Shown here in pieces: positions 1 to 11,900 of a DNA stretch of 64,000 nucleotides. Origin of the DNA: Dictyostelium discoideum. Lineage: Eukaryota. The notes under the pieces were generated by a model, which ran no database searches, was not told where the DNA came from, and saw only the letters and a program-made list of their open reading frames with translations. Positions within the stretch are counted from its first letter, which is position 1. Each line of letters begins with the position of its first letter. Made by a program: the position numbers and the translations under genes. The stretch lies in NCBI GenBank assembly GCA_000004695.1, contig CM000154.2, positions 4,320,001-4,384,000 of the forward strand, given 5' to 3'.

Positions 1-1078
1 AGTTATTTTTGAACCTGGAGGACATTTAGGTACATTACATTGAATTTTTGAACATTCAATATCAGCATTTACATTAAAACATAAAATTAAGAACATCATT
101 AAAATTAATAAAAAATTAATAATTTTAATCATTTTATCTTTTTTTTAATAATTTTTTATTTTTATTATTATTGTTTATTTTTTTTATTTTTTTTATTTAT
201 TGTTAAATTTATTTTTAGTTTAAATAAGTTCCTTTTTTAATTATTTTTAAAATTTTATACAAGATTTTTTTTTTTTTTTTTTTTCATTCCAACTTTTTTA
301 ATTTATTTTAAGATTATTCATATAAAAAGAAAAAATGATTTTTTATTTTTGTTTTTTTTTTTTTTAAAAAATAACAATAATTTATCAAAATGAAATTAAT
401 AATTATTTATTTTTTTTTTAAAAAAAATGAAATAAATAAATAATTTTGTGTATTCTTGCAACAAAGATATCAACAATATCACTTAATTGTGTTTAATTTA
501 TAATTAAGTTTAAAGATTAAATTAAAAAAGTTATATTTATCATTATTTTACCTATTTTTATTTTAAATTTTATTTTTTAAATTTCAATTTTAAAATTTTT
601 ATTATTTTATTTTTTGCGATAGGGGTTTAATTTGAATAATAACTAATTATTCCTATTTTTTGCAATTGAAATTAAACATTTTATTCTAAAATTAATTAAT
701 AAAAAAATATTTCCATTGTTTGTAAGTTTTTTATAGCCAAAAATAAAATAAAATAAATAAAAAAAAAAACTATCCAAATTTTATATATGATTAGTTTTCG
801 ATTTACATAAAATTGTAAACCATCATTTAATTAATAAATTTTTAAATTTTATATTGCCGATAATTTAATATGTCTAATATTAATTAATTCAGTTTTTTTT
901 TATTTTAAAAAGTAACTTTATTATTATTATTATTATTATTTTTTTTTATTATTTTTTTTTTAAAAATATACAATTATAATTAAATGTTTGGATTTTAAAA
1001 AAATTATTGAAATAATTTTTTAAAATATATACATCTATATATACACAAAAATTGAAATAAATAATGAAAGAAAAAGGA

Positions 1079-1443
1079 TTAGAGAAAATTTATTGTTTTA
1101 CCTGCTTGATTATAATGACCACCGGATGCCCAATTATCATAACCACCATCACCAAAATTAGTTGCAGTAACTTTACGACCTCTGGCGATTATATAAACAT
1201 CATAGCCAATTGTTGAAAATTTTGTATTTCTAAATTCACAATGGAGTTTAGCATATGGACCTGTGACAGCATGATTTGGATGACAAACAAAAACATTATA
1301 ACCTAATGATGAGAAATGTTTTACCACACTATTTGTAAAATCACAACGAGAACCATTTGGAATTCCTCTAATTTGATTAACAAATGTATTTACATCGATT
1401 TTTGTATTAACATGAAATGGATTCTCAATATTAATTTCTGCCA

Positions 1444-1444
<1 letters not shown>
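1079..1444 (-). CDS. hypothetical 121-aa protein, single exon (MAEINIENPF...CHPNHAVTGPYAKLHCEF...)
   Basis: Uninterrupted ATG-initiated ORF on the minus strand. It is less AT-rich than its flanks and non-repetitive, with Cys/His-containing motifs (CHPNH, LHCEF). I do not recognise a family. (ATT)n microsatellite immediately upstream. Confidence 0.5.

Positions 1445-1445
<1 letters not shown>

Positions 1446-1495
<50 letters not shown>
1446..1495. repeat. (ATT)n microsatellite, ~17 units
   Basis: Perfect trinucleotide repeat read directly in the sequence, abutting the start codon of the 1079-1444 ORF. Confidence 0.95.
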
Positions 1496-1496
<1 letters not shown>

Positions 1497-2111
1497 AAAT
1501 ATAATAATTATTATTATCAATAAATTGGAAATGAAAAAAAAAAAAAATATTTGTTGTATTTATTTTTGTTAATTAATTTTAAAAAAATAAAAAAAAAAAA
1601 AAAAAAAATATTTAACATTGTTGACTTAAGAAATTAAAACTTAAAATAGATTCTTAATTTTTTAAGAAAAAAAAAAAAAAAAAAAAAAAATCTTTTAAAA
1701 TAAAAAAAGATGATATTTAGGGGATCGATTTATTGGAAAATAAAAAAAAAAAACACTTCTGTTTTATTAAATATAAAATTCTATTTTTATTCTCACTTTT
1801 TTTGAGTTACACTAAAAAGGATTAACAGTTTTGATTGATTATATTTGTAAAGAATAATTTTTACCATCAAAAAAAAAGAAAAAAATAAAATAAAATTAAA
1901 AAAATTTATAACAATGATTAAAACCACAAAAATATAATATGAAAAAAAAAAAATATTACTATTGGTTATTAACATTTTATTTTTTTATTTTTTATTTTTT
2001 TATTTTTTATTTTTTTTTTTATTTTTTTTTTTTTGATTGGTAAATAAGTTAAATTTTAATTTTGAGAGGGGATTAGGGGGGGGGGAAAGAGAGAATTAAA
2101 ACTAAAATAAT

Positions 2112-4310
2112 TTATGATGATGCAAGTTCTTGTTGATCTTGTAGTTTTTTCTTTGCAGCAGCTTTACCAACTAATTTCTTTGGTTTTGAAGTTTGTTGAG
2201 GTGCGGTGCCAGTTTCAACGAAATCGAGTATTATTTTGATAGTTTTGGTTTTAGTTTTATTCTTTGGAAGGTCATGAATTTTACAGTATTCTAATAAATC
2301 TGAAAGATTAAAGTTATTTTGTAAAAATCCTCTTTCAATTCCTTTCTTTATATAATCAAATGATGGGCATATCCATTTTCTATCATGAGTATAATAACCT
2401 TTAATCTCTGAAGACGCTGTTGATTGATAGTCCATTATATTATTATTATTATCATCATCATCATCGTCGTCATCATCCTCTGATAATAAACCATTACCAT
2501 TACCGTTACTACTTCCAAAATTACTAAAATTATCGTTTTGTTCTCTGTCTGATTCATTCTCACTATTTATTTCTACATCATTACTACTATTATTATTTTG
2601 AATACCATTACTATTATCTTCCTCTTCTTCTTCTTCTTGTTCTTCTGCTGCTGCTTCTTCGTTACCATTATTATTATCTTGTTTTCTTTTTCTTTTTCCA
2701 TTTGTTATTATTTTAGTTGTTTCTTTCTTTTTAGTAGTGGGCTTTGATTTTATTGTTGTGGAGGTTGATGTTTTTGCTATGGTAGATTTGGGTTTTGTAG
2801 TGGTTGTAGTTGTGGTGGTTGTTGTAGGGGTTGGCTTTGCTGTTGAAGCAGATTGGGCGCTACCGCTTCCTGGTTTTGATTTTTGTTCTGGTTGTAAATG
2901 TACAGGGTCCAATGGTAATGGTTTTCTCTCCCTTTTACCAGGAAGAGTTGGAGTTAATGGTTTATCTGATGATGGTTTATCCAATGATGATCTTAATTTC
3001 TTTTTTGGTTGTTCTGTGTTTGTTAAATTTTGTGATTTTTCGGTATTTTTTGTTGTTGATTGTACAGTTGTTGTTGTTGTTGTTGTTGTTGCTTGAGATT
3101 TTGATGTTTTTGGTGCTGGTTTTGATGGTGCTTCTGTTGGTGGTGATATTATAGTTGAGTTAGTTTTTGGTGCTATTATATTTGTTGGTGGTGTTGTTGT
3201 GGTTGTTGTTGTTGTTGCCTGTGGTGGTGTTGTAGTGGTTGTTGGTACTATGCCTGCAGTTTCAGTTGTTGGTGATTTAGTTGCTGGCTGTTTTTTAGTT
3301 GGTGCTTTTTTTGGTACACCCTTTTTAGCTTTTGATGGAGTTGTCTCTTTATTTGGTGAATTTGTACCACTATTGTCAGTGGGAGTTGTTGTTGTTGTTG
3401 TTGTTGCTGCTGCTATTGAGGTAGTGTTTGTCAATGGTGTTGTACTTGGAATTGGTGAAGTTGTAGAAGTAGTTGTGGTAGTATTAGTTGGTGGAACTAC
3501 TGTTGGAGTTGATGCAATTGTTGGAGTTGTAGTTGTAGTTGTTGTAGTTGTTGTTGGTGGTGGTGGTACTGCTGCGGTTGTTGTAGTAGTTGTTGTTGTT
3601 GCTGCTGCTGTAGTTGTAGTGTCAGGTGATTCTTCTAAATCATACATTGTACTCATGATTGAATCACATAGCGCACCCATATCATCTTTTATTTGAATTT
3701 TTAAATCTCTACAAAAGCTTTCTAAAGTTTTCTTATCTAATTTAAATAAAATTTTGAAGATACCTTGCATCATCATCTCCTCTTCTATTTTATATATCAT
3801 CTCATTGGTGTCTATGGAATTCTCTTGTTGGTCTAAACCTAATAAATTGAATGATTCTTTCAATTGTTTTGGATCTAGTATATATAATGTCTTTTTAATG
3901 TCTTTTCCTTCTTTAATAGTTGTACCAATAATCTGTGCAAATGATTCCGAATTTGGAATTGTTGTTAACCAACCATAAGATTCATCCCATATATTACTTT
4001 TAATAATTGGTAAATAATCTAATTTATTTATTACCATTGGTTTATTATTATTATTATCAGCTGTAGTTCCACCATTTGCAGTTAATTTATTATCTTGAGT
4101 TGTAGTTGCACCACCTTCTTTAGTTGTAGATGATGATGGTGGTTGCTGCTGCTGTTGTTGTTGTTGTTGTTGTTCTGCTGTGGTTGATGCTAATGTTGTG
4201 TTTGGTATTTTAAGTTCATTTAATGATTCAACTGCTAATTTAAGTGATTCTTCTGATAATTTTGCAAATGGTTGCATTATAATGTCAGCTGGTACAGCTG
4301 ATTCACTCAT
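2112..4310 (-). CDS. 732-aa low-complexity protein (poly-Gln, long Thr/Pro-rich tracts, acidic Asp/Glu run, Lys-rich C-terminal part with possible SAP-like helix-loop-helix)
   Basis: Single long ORF from ATG at 4310 to stop at 2112. Coding (CAA)n, (ACA/ACC)n and (GAT)n repeats. The C-terminal ...LSDLLEYCKIHDLPKNKTKTKTIKIILDFVETG resembles a SAP motif (weak). The plus-strand ORFs over the same span (2737-3696) are antisense low-complexity artefacts. Confidence 0.6.
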   Translation of the reverse strand: MSESAVPADIIMQPFAKLSEESLKLAVESLNELKIPNTTLASTTAEQQQQQQQQQQPPSSSTTKEGGATTTQDNKLTANGGTTADNNNNKPMVINKLDYLPIIKSNIWDESYGWLTTIPNSESFAQIIGTTIKEGKDIKKTLYILDPKQLKESFNLLGLDQQENSIDTNEMIYKIEEEMMMQGIFKILFKLDKKTLESFCRDLKIQIKDDMGALCDSIMSTMYDLEESPDTTTTAAATTTTTTTTAAVPPPPTTTTTTTTTTPTIASTPTVVPPTNTTTTTSTTSPIPSTTPLTNTTSIAAATTTTTTTPTDNSGTNSPNKETTPSKAKKGVPKKAPTKKQPATKSPTTETAGIVPTTTTTPPQATTTTTTTTPPTNIIAPKTNSTIISPPTEAPSKPAPKTSKSQATTTTTTTTVQSTTKNTEKSQNLTNTEQPKKKLRSSLDKPSSDKPLTPTLPGKRERKPLPLDPVHLQPEQKSKPGSGSAQSASTAKPTPTTTTTTTTTTKPKSTIAKTSTSTTIKSKPTTKKKETTKIITNGKRKRKQDNNNGNEEAAAEEQEEEEEEDNSNGIQNNNSSNDVEINSENESDREQNDNFSNFGSSNGNGNGLLSEDDDDDDDDDNNNNIMDYQSTASSEIKGYYTHDRKWICPSFDYIKKGIERGFLQNNFNLSDLLEYCKIHDLPKNKTKTKTIKIILDFVETGTAPQQTSKPKKLVGKAAAKKKLQDQQELASS

Positions 4311-5234
4311 TGTGTGTTTTTATTATTATTAATTATTAATTTATTAATATTATTGTTATTATTACTATTACTATTACTACTATTATTATTATTATCTAAT
4401 TCTATTCTATTCTATTTTTATTTATATATTTGTTATTTATTTATCTATTTGTTAATTAAGTTTTTTTTTTTTTTTTTTAAGAATTCTATTTTTAATCTAA
4501 TTTATTTAATCTACTTTTATCTATTTTTTAAACTTTTCTTTTTTATTTTTTTTTTTTTTTTATAATATATTTTATATTTTATTGATTAATTTAAATTATT
4601 ATTGAAAATAATTTATTAATTCACACACACTCTCTCACAGTATACTTTATATGTGTCTGTGGGAAATGTAATAATTTTTTGTTAGTTTTAATTTTTTTTT
4701 TTTTTTTTTTTTGAAATATTTTAAATTTTTTTTTTTTTTTTTTTATTTTAATTTTTTTATTTTAATTTTTTTTTATTTTAATTTTTTATTTTAATTTTTT
4801 TTTTTTTTTTTTTTGAAATTTGGGTGTTCATTGTTAACCACAACGGATTTGTTTTTTGACAGTTAAATTATTTTTAAAATAAAAAAAAAAATAAATTTCT
4901 AGTTTTTAATTGAAAACATTTTAAAATAAAATAAATTTATTTAATAATTTAAATATAAAATATTTATTAAGTTATATATATATATATTTATAATAAAAAA
5001 AAAAAAAAAAAAAAACCTTATTAATTATTTTTGTTTTAATATTATATTTTTTATTTAATTTTTTAAAATTTTTTTTTTTTTATTTTTTTTTTTTTTTTAT
5101 TCGGTAAAAAAAAAAAAAAAATTATTAAATAATAATAAATTATATTTGATTGGTTTAGGTACTATTGTGGCAATATTTATACATGATTTTTTTTTTTTTT
5201 TTAATAATATATTATTAATTAATTAATTTCTTAT

Positions 5235-5507
5235 TTAAATAACCCCGTCTCTAGTTTTTCTATATCCATTTCCACTACTTTCGAACATCATATAGTCGGA
5301 ACCGGCAATTTTATTTGTAGATTGGTTATTAAAATTATTAAAAATATTTGAATTTATATTTTTGGCATTTTTATTATTATTTCTATTTAAACCAGAGAAT
5401 GAGCAAATTGAATCTGGAAAATAAAAAAAAAATTAATATTAATTTATTATGGAAAAAAAAAAAAAAAAAAATAGTTTATTAAATAAATACTTACTTAAAA
5501 GTGACAT
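5235..5507 (-). CDS. small 63-aa protein, two exons: join(complement(5495..5507),complement(5235..5413))
   Basis: Minus strand: ATG TCA CTT TTA A | GTAAGT... 81-nt intron ...TTTTCCAG | ATTCAATTTGCTC. The frame is preserved in phase 1 and gives MSLL-NSICSFSGLNRNNNKNAKNINSNIFNNFNNQSTNKIAGSDYMMFESSGNGYRKTRDGVI*. A locally GC-richer island sits in a 3.4 kb AT desert. Not present in the ORF track because the first exon is 13 nt. Confidence 0.4.
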
Positions 5508-6124
5508 GTTTAAAAAAATATTTTTTAGTTTGTAAAATAAAATTTTATTTTGAGTTTAATTACTTATTTATAATTTTTTTTTTTTTTTTTTTTATTTATT
5601 TCAAAATTAAAATAATTTTTTTTATTATTTATTTAATTATTTATTTTTAATTAAAATTATTTATTAATTATTAAAAAATATTTATTTAATTATTTAATTA
5701 TTTATTTATTAATCTATATTGAAAAATGATTTATAAATTTAAAATTTTTCATTTGTTTAAATAGTTTTTTTAATTTTTTTTGTTGTTATCATTTTTGTTT
5801 TAATTTTATTTTATAATTATTTTTATTTTTTTTATTATTTAATACTAGATAATTTTTTATTTGAAATTTCTAAAATAATTATTATTTAATCTGTGTTGGG
5901 CATAAACCAAAAAAGAAATAATTTTTTTTTATTCAACATCAATTGATCAATACCCTTCACATACATATTTTAGATACCCCAACAATAAAACAACTATAAA
6001 ATTATCCAAACAAACAAAAAAAAAAAAAAAAAAATAATATAAAATAAAAAAAAAAAAAAAAAAAAAAATTCCCACCTCACTCGCAAAGCCATTATGGCTT
6101 CCCACTCTACATTTAACAAATCAA

Positions 6125-6185
6125 TCCACACACTCACACATACACACACACCCACTCACACACCCACTCACACCCACTCACACAT
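6125..6185. promoter_or_regulatory. CA-rich element cluster (ACACCCACTCACAC x3), candidate GBF-type CAE/G-box
   Basis: Tandem near-repeats CACACCCACTCACACACCCACTCACACCCACTCACACA in otherwise >85% AT intergenic DNA. A second C/A-rich patch lies at 6955-7030. Dictyostelium late-gene promoters use C/A-rich (G-box) elements bound by GBF. Assigning this to a target gene is inference. Confidence 0.35.
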
Positions 6186-6493
6186 TTATATATTTATTTA
6201 TATGTATAAAAATTAACACAATCACACTCAAACCCACATAACACAAATATTTCCCACTCACTCTTATTGAAAATAAATCTTATTTTTTTTACATAATAAA
6301 CTATTATTATTGTTATTATTTTATTTTATTTTATTATTTTTATTTTAATGTAACTACTTTTTTTTTTTTTTATTTTTTTTTTTATTTTTTTTTTTTTTTA
6401 TTATTTTTTTTTTTTTACAGAGCACCAACTGTATTGTGTACCACGACAAACTTAATCTTTAACAGTTATACAATAAAAAATTAGTTCCCTTAA

Positions 6494-6524
<31 letters not shown>

Positions 6525-7166
6525 ATGTTGTTGTTAATGAAATTGATGTTGATAATTACACCTTTTGTTGTTTACCATCAGTTAAAGATCAACTAGATTA
6601 GATTTTATATTTTTTTTTTTTATTTTTTTTATTTATTTATTTATTTTAAATTATTTTTTATTATTTTTCCATTCCTTTAAAAGATTTTTTTCATGCATCT
6701 GTGATAAGAAAAAATTATATAAAAATAATAAAAGAGATAAATCTTAACCTCGAGGCAATCACCACTAATTATTAACTAATTTAATTGTTAATTATTATTA
6801 TTATTATTGTTTTTTGTAATGTGTCCAATATTATTGAAGCATCATATAATATTTTTTTTATTATAAATAAATTTAGAAAAATGTGAAAATATTGTTCAAT
6901 TAAAAAAAAAAAAATAAATACTATTTTTTTATATTATAAAAGTTATTGAAATTGATCACTCACATACTAACTCTCTCTCACTCTCTAAATCACTAACACT
7001 CACTAAATCACACACACTCATTACACCAAACTAAATTATAATAAAATGTATTAAGTTATATCACAATTTATCTTACTTTGATTGGAATTTGTGTGGTGTT
7101 TTTATTATTATTATTATTTTTTTTTGGATATTTCTTGCAAATAAAAGAAAATCTATTACTAACAAT

Positions 7167-7206
<40 letters not shown>

Positions 7207-7296
7207 AACAGGATTGAAACATACCAATAGACGAAAAACAAAAGATAAGGATAGACAGATAATAGATCTTATTGACTGATGGTAAACAGATCAACC

Positions 7297-7348
<52 letters not shown>

Positions 7349-7796
7349 ATAATAAAGATTCAGCAATCATCGATAAGGCTCTTTTTTGATTGACTCCTTT
7401 AAACTTTTTTACATTTTATTACCTTTTTTATTATTATTTTTCAAATTTTTTTTTTTTTTTTAATATTATTCTTTTAAAATTATTATTTTTAAACAGAACA
7501 TGGAACAAAAAAACAGAATAAAATTATTTTAAAATAATAATAATAAATAAATTATTTTAAAACTAATAATTATTTTAAGTATAAACAAGAATTAGTTTTT
7601 ATTTTTTTATTTTTCTTTTATTTTCTTTTTATTTTTTTATTTTTTTTATTTTTTTTTTTTTTATTTATTTATTTTTTTTATTTTTATTTTTATTTTTTTT
7701 TTTTTTTTCTAAAAATATATTTTTTTATTTATTTATTTATTTATTTTTATTAATATTATTATTTTTTATTATTATTTATTTATTTTTATTTATTTA

Positions 7797-8937
7797 TTAA
7801 AAATCTTCAGTTAAAAGATAAATTGAAAAATCTGATTGAAGATTAAAGAATTTTGGTTTTGGATTAAAAATTAAATCAACACAACCATCATTAAATTGAT
7901 TGAAAGGTTTAGTGACAAAAGAACCATTAGAGAATAAAGTTGGAGGTTTTAATTCAAATTCATTAATCGAAAGGTAATCTAAGGATTGTAAGATGACAGC
8001 AACTTCTTTTAACATTGCAGGAGAATATCTTTGAAGTCTATGAGTGATTTTCTCTAAAGTTGAACCTGGGTATAAATTTACATTTGTTAGGAAATCGAAA
8101 AACATCTTATTGAATTGACTTCTATTAACTTTACCAAAAACATCAATCCAAGGTTTAATCAATTTCTTTTGTTTATAACTTAAATCAACAAATGGTTTAA
8201 GTTGTTGTTGGTTTTGTTGTTGTTGTTGTTGTTCAACATCAGTTTGATTATTATTATTATTATCAACATCATTTAAATTATTATCTTTGAGATATTGTTG
8301 ATGTAAAGTATAAAATATAGGTATTAAAGAGTCCATGAAAAATTCTTTTGCGACATAAATTTTATGGTGGAATGTGAAATGAGTATCAACAATACCTAAT
8401 GATTTTAATTCTAAAATATAGTTTAATAAATTTTGATAAATATATTGTGAATGATCAATGATATATTCCTCTTCTTTTTGTTCTTGACTATTATTAATTT
8501 TTTGTTCATCATCAATATTATTATTATCAACATCGCCATCTTGATTATTTGATTGATTTAACTTTATTATTAATTTACTAGAATCATCATAATGAATTAA
8601 TTTTTGAAGAATTTCATTAGAATCTGAATTTGAAATTAAATGATTAATGATTTCAATTCTCTTTGCACCATTAACATTTTTACTTTTGATAATTTTGAAA
8701 ACTTCTTGAACCATTAAACAAAACCAACCAATGAATTTACCAGTTCTATCTGAAATATCAATAATTTTTTCAATCTTTAATTTAAATAATTCTTTAAATT
8801 CTTCTGAAATGAATTTATTTTCAAATTCATTTAAAATTAATTCTTTATCATTCATTGTTGTAGTTGTAGTTGTAGTTGATTCATCTGTTTTTCTTCTTTT
8901 ACTATTTTCATTATCATCTTCTTTATCATTATCATCA

Positions 8938-8984
<47 letters not shown>

Positions 8985-11900
8985 TGATGATTTAAAGATT
9001 TCTTGGAATTTTAATTTTTCAGTTGATAATGGATCATTTATACCAATAACATCAGGATTAATTGCTCTTTTTCTTTCATTTTCAATATAGGAATAATCTA
9101 TATAATCTTGAAGTTTATAGGATACACCAATTTTATTAACAATAGATTCTAAACGTTGATTTGAAGCATCTCTAAGTTTTGGAGCTTTTTCAAGTTTTGG
9201 ATCAAATGTTGATTTAATTAAAATATTTGGTGAAACTTTGTTATTGGTTAAAAGGTATAACATTGAAGAGACAGATCCACCACTTGTTAATGGATCATAT
9301 TCGAATAATTGAACATCATCCTCATCACCATTGTTAGTGATACCAACTTTACTAAAAATTTGTTGTTTACTAGCAGCAGCAGCAGTATGATCATTTACAA
9401 TTGGATATTCTTTAATCATTGAAAGGAAAACACGATTTTCATCAAGGAATTCCCTATTGTAACTATTTACTTTGTAAAGAATCTTTTGAATACAAAAACC
9501 AATTGAACGTTCAGTTGATTTGGATTTAACATTCTTTATGATTTTATCATAATACAAACCATCCATAACTCTATTTGAATCCTTTTTACTTATTTGATCA
9601 TTTTGAGAACCAATCATTTTAATACTAAGATTGTAGGAATAATCATCTTCAGGCATTGAAATCAAGAAAAAGATTTTATCCTTCATCATTGATTCCGAAA
9701 CTGAATCGAATTTACTCTTTTCAAAGGTTTCTAAATTTGTATTCTTTGGTATACTTGTATTGAACATTGAATTGAATTCGAGGATAGTTGAGGGTAAATC
9801 TGCCATTTGATCACTTGATTTATGGAATGTTTTATAGGATGGATATTTCTTTACCAACAAGAACATTCTTCTATAACAAAGTGTACCATTTTTATCGATT
9901 TGTTCACCCAATTGGTCCCAAAGAGGATTCAACATTGATGGAATACCCGATGGTGTGATATAGTATTCACTATTGGTATGATTTTTAGCACCTTCTGGAA
10001 TTGTTTTAAAAAAGTTACCAAATACTTCAGTATAAGTTTTTAAAAGTACAGAATCTTCCAATGGACTCCATTTAAATCTACGATATGGTTGGAAATTTTT
10101 CTTAATTTGATCTCTTTTTTCTTTTGCAGATTTACTAAGTAAACTAATTGTTGTTTTTGGTCTAGTACCTCTTTTTCTAATACCTTTCTTTTTGAAAATT
10201 GAATCATCTTTACCATCTTCATCATTTTCATCATCACCACCGTTGTCACTATCGTCATCACTATCAGTACCACTTTCATCACCTTCATTCTTTTCACCAT
10301 TTGCTTTTCTTTTTCTTTTTTGTTCCAACTTTTCTTTTGCAACTTTTCTATAGAATGTTAAAACTTTGTAACCTGAAACATTGAAATCTCTAGCCAACTG
10401 TTTAATTTCCTCTTTTGAATGTGATTTTTTATCGGTGAAAATTTTATACAATTGTTGTTTAGTTGAATCGGTCAATTGATCCTTTGGTACACCCCATAAT
10501 AGGATATTATATAATGCTGGAATTTTATTACAAATGAAATCATCTGGTGGTGGTTGCGAACTGTTTCTATCTCTTGGTAACAATGAAAGGAATTGTAAAT
10601 CTGACCAATAAAGTTTCAATTGTTCAAATGAATTGAAATTGTATTTCTTTATTGAACCATTATCAAAGAGTAATTGAATATCTCTATGAAAAGTGTACTC
10701 TGTATAACCATAAGTAAAACCTTTTGAAATCAAACCCAATCTATTCAATAATGATACCATATCAGAGATCTTTGCAAAGAATTTACCCGATTGAAACAAT
10801 GAATTCTTTATTGGCTTTGGTAAATCAATAATTAATGTACCCTTTTTAATATGTTCATCCAATCCTGGTATCTCTATATTTTGTGAAACAATCTTTAAAT
10901 AATCATCAATTGGTAAATATTTTAATAATAAATTTAAAAATATTCTAGTTGATTCATTTAATACTTCTTTATATAATACCAATTGTAAATTACTTTCATC
11001 TTTAACTTCATTATTATTATTATTATTATTATCTGTTGCTGTTGTTGATGTTGTTGATGATGGTGATCCTTCTTTCATTTCAATATCATTACTTTTTGTT
11101 TTATTTTCAGTATTAACACCATTATTTCTATGTAAGGAACCATTTGTAAATTTAACAGCGAATGACCAAATGAATTGATGTAATAATTTAGAACGAATGA
11201 CTAAACCTTTAACGAAACCATATCTTGATGCAATTGATCTTGAACGAGCATGTACTGTAAATAATGGTTTTTCAATTGAATTCTTAATTACTAAATCTAA
11301 ACGTTGATTATCATCTTCATAAGCATCACGTACAAAATGGTTACCATTATCATCTTCATCACTATCATTATTATTATTATTATTATTATTATCATCTTCA
11401 TCATTATTATCATTATTATTGTTATTATTATTTTTTATTGATCTATTTCTATTTCTATTTTTTAAATAACTATATGGATTATTTTCATTATTTAAATTTT
11501 GATAACTACCAGATAAATTTGATTTTAATACTCTATTTGATGGAATATCTTTAATGGTTTCAATGATTTCCATGATTTCAACATCATCTAATCTATAATT
11601 TTGAGCATCATAAACAAAGAATATCTTTCTATGAGATCCTTTAAGTGATTGAGTGTATAATCTAATTAAACCAACCATTTTCTCAATGATTAATATGTCG
11701 ATAATTCTTTTCAAAGTTTTATTATCCATTGAAGTATCACCTATATTATGTTGATGTAATAACAATGTCCATAGGACACAACCACGTGCTTCCCTAATAC
11801 GATTATAAACTGATTCTTTACGTTGTGAAAACAAAACGGTTTGTGGCATTGATCTCTTTGCTGGTGTTGGTAATGATCCTTGAATCACTGTTGTTATAGT

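Noticed and set aside
2737-3696. Plus-strand ORFs (119, 107, 165 aa) rich in V/G/L overlapping the 732-aa minus-strand gene
   Set aside because: Antisense read-through of (ACA/ACC/CAA)n coding repeats, with no start context or independent signal.
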